Positions 6,889 through 10,064 of a DNA stretch of 10,064 nt are shown piece after piece. This DNA is from Candidatus Iainarchaeum sp. (GTDB taxonomy: Archaea > Iainarchaeota > Iainarchaeia > Iainarchaeales > JAFCCW01), in the NCBI GenBank assembly GCA_017609985.1, contig JAFCCW010000015.1:18773-28836 (forward strand), in the 5' to 3' direction. A program made the translations under genes and the position numbers. Within the stretch, counting starts at the first letter, position 1; each line of letters opens with the position of its first letter. A model generated the notes under the pieces. That model was not told the origin of the DNA and did not search any database. It was given only the letters and a program-made list of their open reading frames with translations.

Positions 6889-7683
6889 TTAAGCACTAAT
6901 TCCTGTTCCAATTACCCACACCATTGCCATCAGCACAGTCTGCAGTGGCAGAGCAGGCAGAGCTTTTCCAACATTCCTTGAACAATATTCTATTGTAAGA
7001 AGCAATCCCACAAGCGAGGCAATAAGCACAAGAACAGGGAGAAGAAAAGAGCTTGTTGCATTCAGGACAGCTGTTGCAAACACAAGCGGAATCACAAGGT
7101 CGCCTGTTCCAAGCTGAAAAGTATGGTTTTTTGTTGGCAGTGCAACAGTGAATGCAAGATTTCTCTTTGTGATGCTTTTAGCCATGGTAACCATGTGCTT
7201 TGTTTTGAAGACTGCAATAAAGTCGTAGATTGCGAGAAGCACAATAAATGTCAGAGCTGGCAGAACACCAATTGAAACTCCAATTACTGCTCCTGCCCCC
7301 GCAATCGCAATCACTGCTGATAAATTTCTTGCGAGCAGGTTGTCTGCAACCGAGTTTCTCAGTGCGACCAAGAGCACTGACAACATGAAAGCTATTTCTG
7401 GAATAAATGCAGAGAACACAATCACTGAAGTTGAAAAAATTGCAAGAGTTTCTAATAGCTTGAACAAGGCTCCTCCCTTGAAGAACTTAATTATTACAAG
7501 AATTATTCCTGTGAACACAAGAATGTAAGCAATCAAAGCAAATGCGTTTACTATGTCTTCTGGATTGTCTGAAACAATTGTTGTCTTGATTCCTTCTTCT
7601 AAAAGAAATCCAGCTACTGCAAGTCCAAGAATCTGTGTTATCAAAAATATTGCAGTAAGTTGCAGAAAAAGGCTTTTGTTCAT
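6889..7683 (-). CDS. Presenilin/signal-peptide-peptidase-like GxGD intramembrane aspartyl protease (peptidase A22)
   Basis: Multiple hydrophobic segments, catalytic YD (AIYDFIAV, Asp codon 7222-7224), LGTGD (Asp codon 7099-7101) and PALP (6946-6957). Start taken as ATG 7683 (MNKSLF, 264 aa); the longer ORF-track start at 7728 overlaps mcm. Confidence 0.9.
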   Translation of the reverse strand: MNKSLFLQLTAIFLITQILGLAVAGFLLEEGIKTTIVSDNPEDIVNAFALIAYILVFTGIILVIIKFFKGGALFKLLETLAIFSTSVIVFSAFIPEIAFMLSVLLVALRNSVADNLLARNLSAVIAIAGAGAVIGVSIGVLPALTFIVLLAIYDFIAVFKTKHMVTMAKSITKRNLAFTVALPTKNHTFQLGTGDLVIPLVFATAVLNATSSFLLPVLVLIASLVGLLLTIEYCSRNVGKALPALPLQTVLMAMVWVIGTGISA

Positions 7684-7714
7684 GTGAAAACAATGTCTCC
7701 GAACAAATAAAAAA

Positions 7715-9829
7715 CTACTTTTTTCCAACTGGTTTTACAAAATGGTTTCTTGGAGAATAAATTTCTCCTTTTTTCTTTAACTGTGACAAAAAGTCTCTTG
7801 CTTTTTCTTCTTCAATGCCTTGTTCTTTTGCGTTTTCAATAACCTGTTCAATCGGCACCATGTCCTGTTCGTCTGCCAGAGCTTTTATAATTCTAAGCAC
7901 TTTTTTTAGTCCTTCAACTTTTGAATGGCTTTGACCGCTTGTAATAATGTCAATGTCGATTCTGTTTGTTTCCGGGTCAGTTGCCATTCCTTCAAGCGAG
8001 GATCTCACAAGGCGTATTGCTCTTTCTGCATCTCTTGGTTCCACAATATCGCTTAACCTTATTCTCGCGCTTGCTTCGCTAAGTCTCACAAGCCCCTCTA
8101 GCTGTCTGTGGGTTGCAGAATAGCTTCCTTCTTTTCTTCCCTCATCTCTTAAGCTGACGTAAAAATCTCCTATTGCTTTTGTTGCTTCTCGCGAGAGAAC
8201 TGGAAAAATATTTTGTCTTGCAAAGGAAATATATTTTTTCAACAGGTCTGAAGAAATTTTTGGAACAGAGTGTTCTTCAAGTTCCTCCAAGTCTTCTTTT
8301 TCAAGCTTTTTGTTTGCCCGTTTTTTTAGAGAAATTAGTTCTCCAAGTCTGTGAGTTTTCAGGATATGGGCTGCAATTCTTTCATCCTTTGTTCTGTCAA
8401 GCACATCGCGAATCATAAAAAACAAGTCAAATCTTGAAATCAGTGTTGGCGGCAAATCAATTTGTTCAATAAATGGTTCGTATGGGTCAAATCTTGAAAA
8501 CTTTGGATTTGCTGCTGCTAACACGCTGGTTTCTGTTTTGAATCTTGTCACGATTCCTGCCTTCGCGATGCTTATAGATTGCTGTTCTAATGCCTCATGC
8601 ATTGCACTTCTGTCATCTGGATCCATTTTGTCAAACTCGTCAACCATTGCCATTCCACCGGATGCGAGAACAAGAGCTCCTGCCTTGATTGTCCAGCCAC
8701 CCTCTCCAAAATCGTCTTTGACTGCTGTTGCGGAAATTCCTGCCCCAGTAGTTGTTTTTCCTGCAACATAAATGCTTTTTGGAGCAATGTTGTCGGTTGC
8801 CTTCAGCAACATACTTTTTGCCGCTCCCGGATCTCCAACCAAGAGCACGTGAATATTTCCTCGTATCTTGCTTCCATCTGGCATGTGCTTTCTGACTCCT
8901 CCAAACATTTGCATTATTATCGCTTCTTTTGTTACTTCGTGTCCGAATATTCCTGGAGCCAGACTTTGTGTTAACTGTTCATAAACATCATCTTGTTTTG
9001 AAAGATTTCTTATTTCCTCTTCTTCTTCCGGTGTTATCTCAACTTCTTCAAATTCTCGCTCGGTTTCCTCTAAGTGGTTTACTTCCAGAAATCTTCCATA
9101 AACACTTTTTTTGTCTTTTGGAGGATTAAGGCGAAGCACTCCAGTGAACTCTGTCATGTCCCCTGCACTAATCATGTTAACCTGGTCGTCTGAAACATAT
9201 ACTGCGAGGTTTGCTGCTTGCTCGTTTCCCCTCAGCTTCTCCAGAGGTTCCTGTATTTTTATTCTTTGATAGTCAATGAATTCGCTTTGGTCTGGAACAA
9301 GGGAGAAGTCTCTGTGCTTGCATTCGCAGAAAGCAGGTTTTTTTATTTCAGGAGAATCCTGTGGTGTTTTGTAAGTGTTTCCGCATCTCCTGCACTGCCA
9401 TACTGCAATCTTGAGTTTTGGCATTACTTCTGTTATTTCGCTTATTACTCCTTCTACTGCAATAAGTTTGTTTAAGTGTGAACTGCTCACATCTCTGATT
9501 AACGGCTTTCTGTCCTTTGGAAGATTAAAGAATCTGATGTGCGGAGCAAACTCGTCTATTTCAAGAGCCGGCACGTCAATTTTTTGAATTGCAAGATTTG
9601 CTGCTTCAAGAAGATAGTCAGGATTTTCAATCAAGTCATCTGCTAGTTCAAAGTCAAATTCTTCCAAGTGCTTGAAATCAATTACTATTGATTTTTTTTC
9701 AGGATATTTTTCCACCAGTCTCTCAATTTCTTTCTTGTATCTTGTTTCAAGAAAGTTTTCAAATCTTGTGATAAACGGGTTTTCTTCTCCCTTCTCAAAA
9801 GTTGACTCATCTATTTGTTGTTCTTCCAT
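7715..9829 (-). CDS. mcm: Replicative helicase MCM (no intein)
   Basis: Zinc finger CRRC-x18-CEC, DYQRIKIQE, Walker A LLVGDPGAAKS, Walker B MVDEFDKM, HEALEQQSISIAKAGI, AAANP, arginine finger ISRFD, sensor-2 HRQLEGLVRLSEA and C-terminal winged helix (GEIYSP). At 704 aa there is no room for an intein. Confidence 0.97.
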   Translation of the reverse strand: MEEQQIDESTFEKGEENPFITRFENFLETRYKKEIERLVEKYPEKKSIVIDFKHLEEFDFELADDLIENPDYLLEAANLAIQKIDVPALEIDEFAPHIRFFNLPKDRKPLIRDVSSSHLNKLIAVEGVISEITEVMPKLKIAVWQCRRCGNTYKTPQDSPEIKKPAFCECKHRDFSLVPDQSEFIDYQRIKIQEPLEKLRGNEQAANLAVYVSDDQVNMISAGDMTEFTGVLRLNPPKDKKSVYGRFLEVNHLEETEREFEEVEITPEEEEEIRNLSKQDDVYEQLTQSLAPGIFGHEVTKEAIIMQMFGGVRKHMPDGSKIRGNIHVLLVGDPGAAKSMLLKATDNIAPKSIYVAGKTTTGAGISATAVKDDFGEGGWTIKAGALVLASGGMAMVDEFDKMDPDDRSAMHEALEQQSISIAKAGIVTRFKTETSVLAAANPKFSRFDPYEPFIEQIDLPPTLISRFDLFFMIRDVLDRTKDERIAAHILKTHRLGELISLKKRANKKLEKEDLEELEEHSVPKISSDLLKKYISFARQNIFPVLSREATKAIGDFYVSLRDEGRKEGSYSATHRQLEGLVRLSEASARIRLSDIVEPRDAERAIRLVRSSLEGMATDPETNRIDIDIITSGQSHSKVEGLKKVLRIIKALADEQDMVPIEQVIENAKEQGIEEEKARDFLSQLKKKGEIYSPRNHFVKPVGKK

Positions 9830-9860
9830 GCCAATCCCTTAGTATTATTTCATTCAGATG

Positions 9861-9876
9861 CTTAAAAGCGCTTTTA
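9861..9876 (-). promoter_or_regulatory. Putative mcm promoter (BRE + TATA) forming a perfect 14-bp palindrome
   Basis: Minus strand AAAAGCGC-TTTTAAG, with the TATA-like element starting 38 nt before the ATG. TAAAAGCGCTTTTA (9863-9876) is self-complementary. SD-like AAGGGA lies 5 nt before the ATG. Confidence 0.5.
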
Positions 9877-10064
9877 CACGCTGGATTTCCGGTGAATGTC
9901 CGGAAGCCAACAGCATTGGGAGAAATCGTTGGGAATTACTTTTCTTTGTTTTTTTTTCTTCTTAATCTATTATGCTTCCAGTTTTAATAATCCTTCTTGA
10001 TTCAGAATTCAAACCTTTTTCTTTCGCCTGCTGAGATTAATTAACTTTTAAACATTTTCACTGC

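Noticed and set aside
7684-7728. N-terminal extension of the presenilin ORF overlapping mcm
   Set aside because: TTG start inside mcm giving an atypical sequence. ATG 7683 directly precedes the first hydrophobic helix.
7715-9829. Possible intein in MCM, a common insertion host
   Set aside because: Walker A and neighbouring motifs are contiguous, length is normal, and there are no intein splice or LAGLIDADG motifs.
5703-9987. Remaining short alternate-frame or antisense ORFs (e.g. 5703..5945, 6004..6333, 6340..6537, 8597..8974, 9802..9987)
   Set aside because: All overlap confident genes or low-complexity T-rich spacer DNA and lack motifs or credible initiation signals.
9962-10012. 16-codon minus-strand ORF (MNSESRRIIKTGSIID) upstream of mcm as a possible leader peptide
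   Set aside because: TTG start with the SD-like AAGGT at zero spacing, and too short to distinguish from chance.
1-10064. tRNA, rRNA, CRISPR arrays, IS elements or terminal inverted repeats
   Set aside because: No cloverleaf, regularly spaced repeats or transposase/integrase ORF was seen, and apart from the last 235 bp the intergenic gaps are too short to hold them.

Overview
Gene-dense archaeal chromosomal window with no mobile elements, CRISPR arrays or recognisable RNA genes. The compact layout and divergent proteins suggest a reduced-genome, DPANN-like lineage, but that is inference only. The + strand carries the 3' part of an AMP-forming acetyl-CoA synthetase and a DedA/VTT membrane protein. 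The - strand carries a replication/translation cluster: mcm, a presenilin-like GxGD intramembrane protease, aIF-2beta, DUF424, aIF-1A, RIO1 kinase, a KH-domain Dim2/Pno1-like protein, top6B and top6A. Most of this is conserved housekeeping content, and I see no clearly new multi-gene system. The best leads are a two-gene membrane module (a compact presenilin and a convergent DedA) between mcm and aIF-2beta, DUF424 inside a translation-initiation/ribosome-maturation operon, TTG starts on aIF-1A and Dim2, a single TATA palindrome that may serve two divergent genes, and a palindrome-rich non-coding region upstream of mcm.
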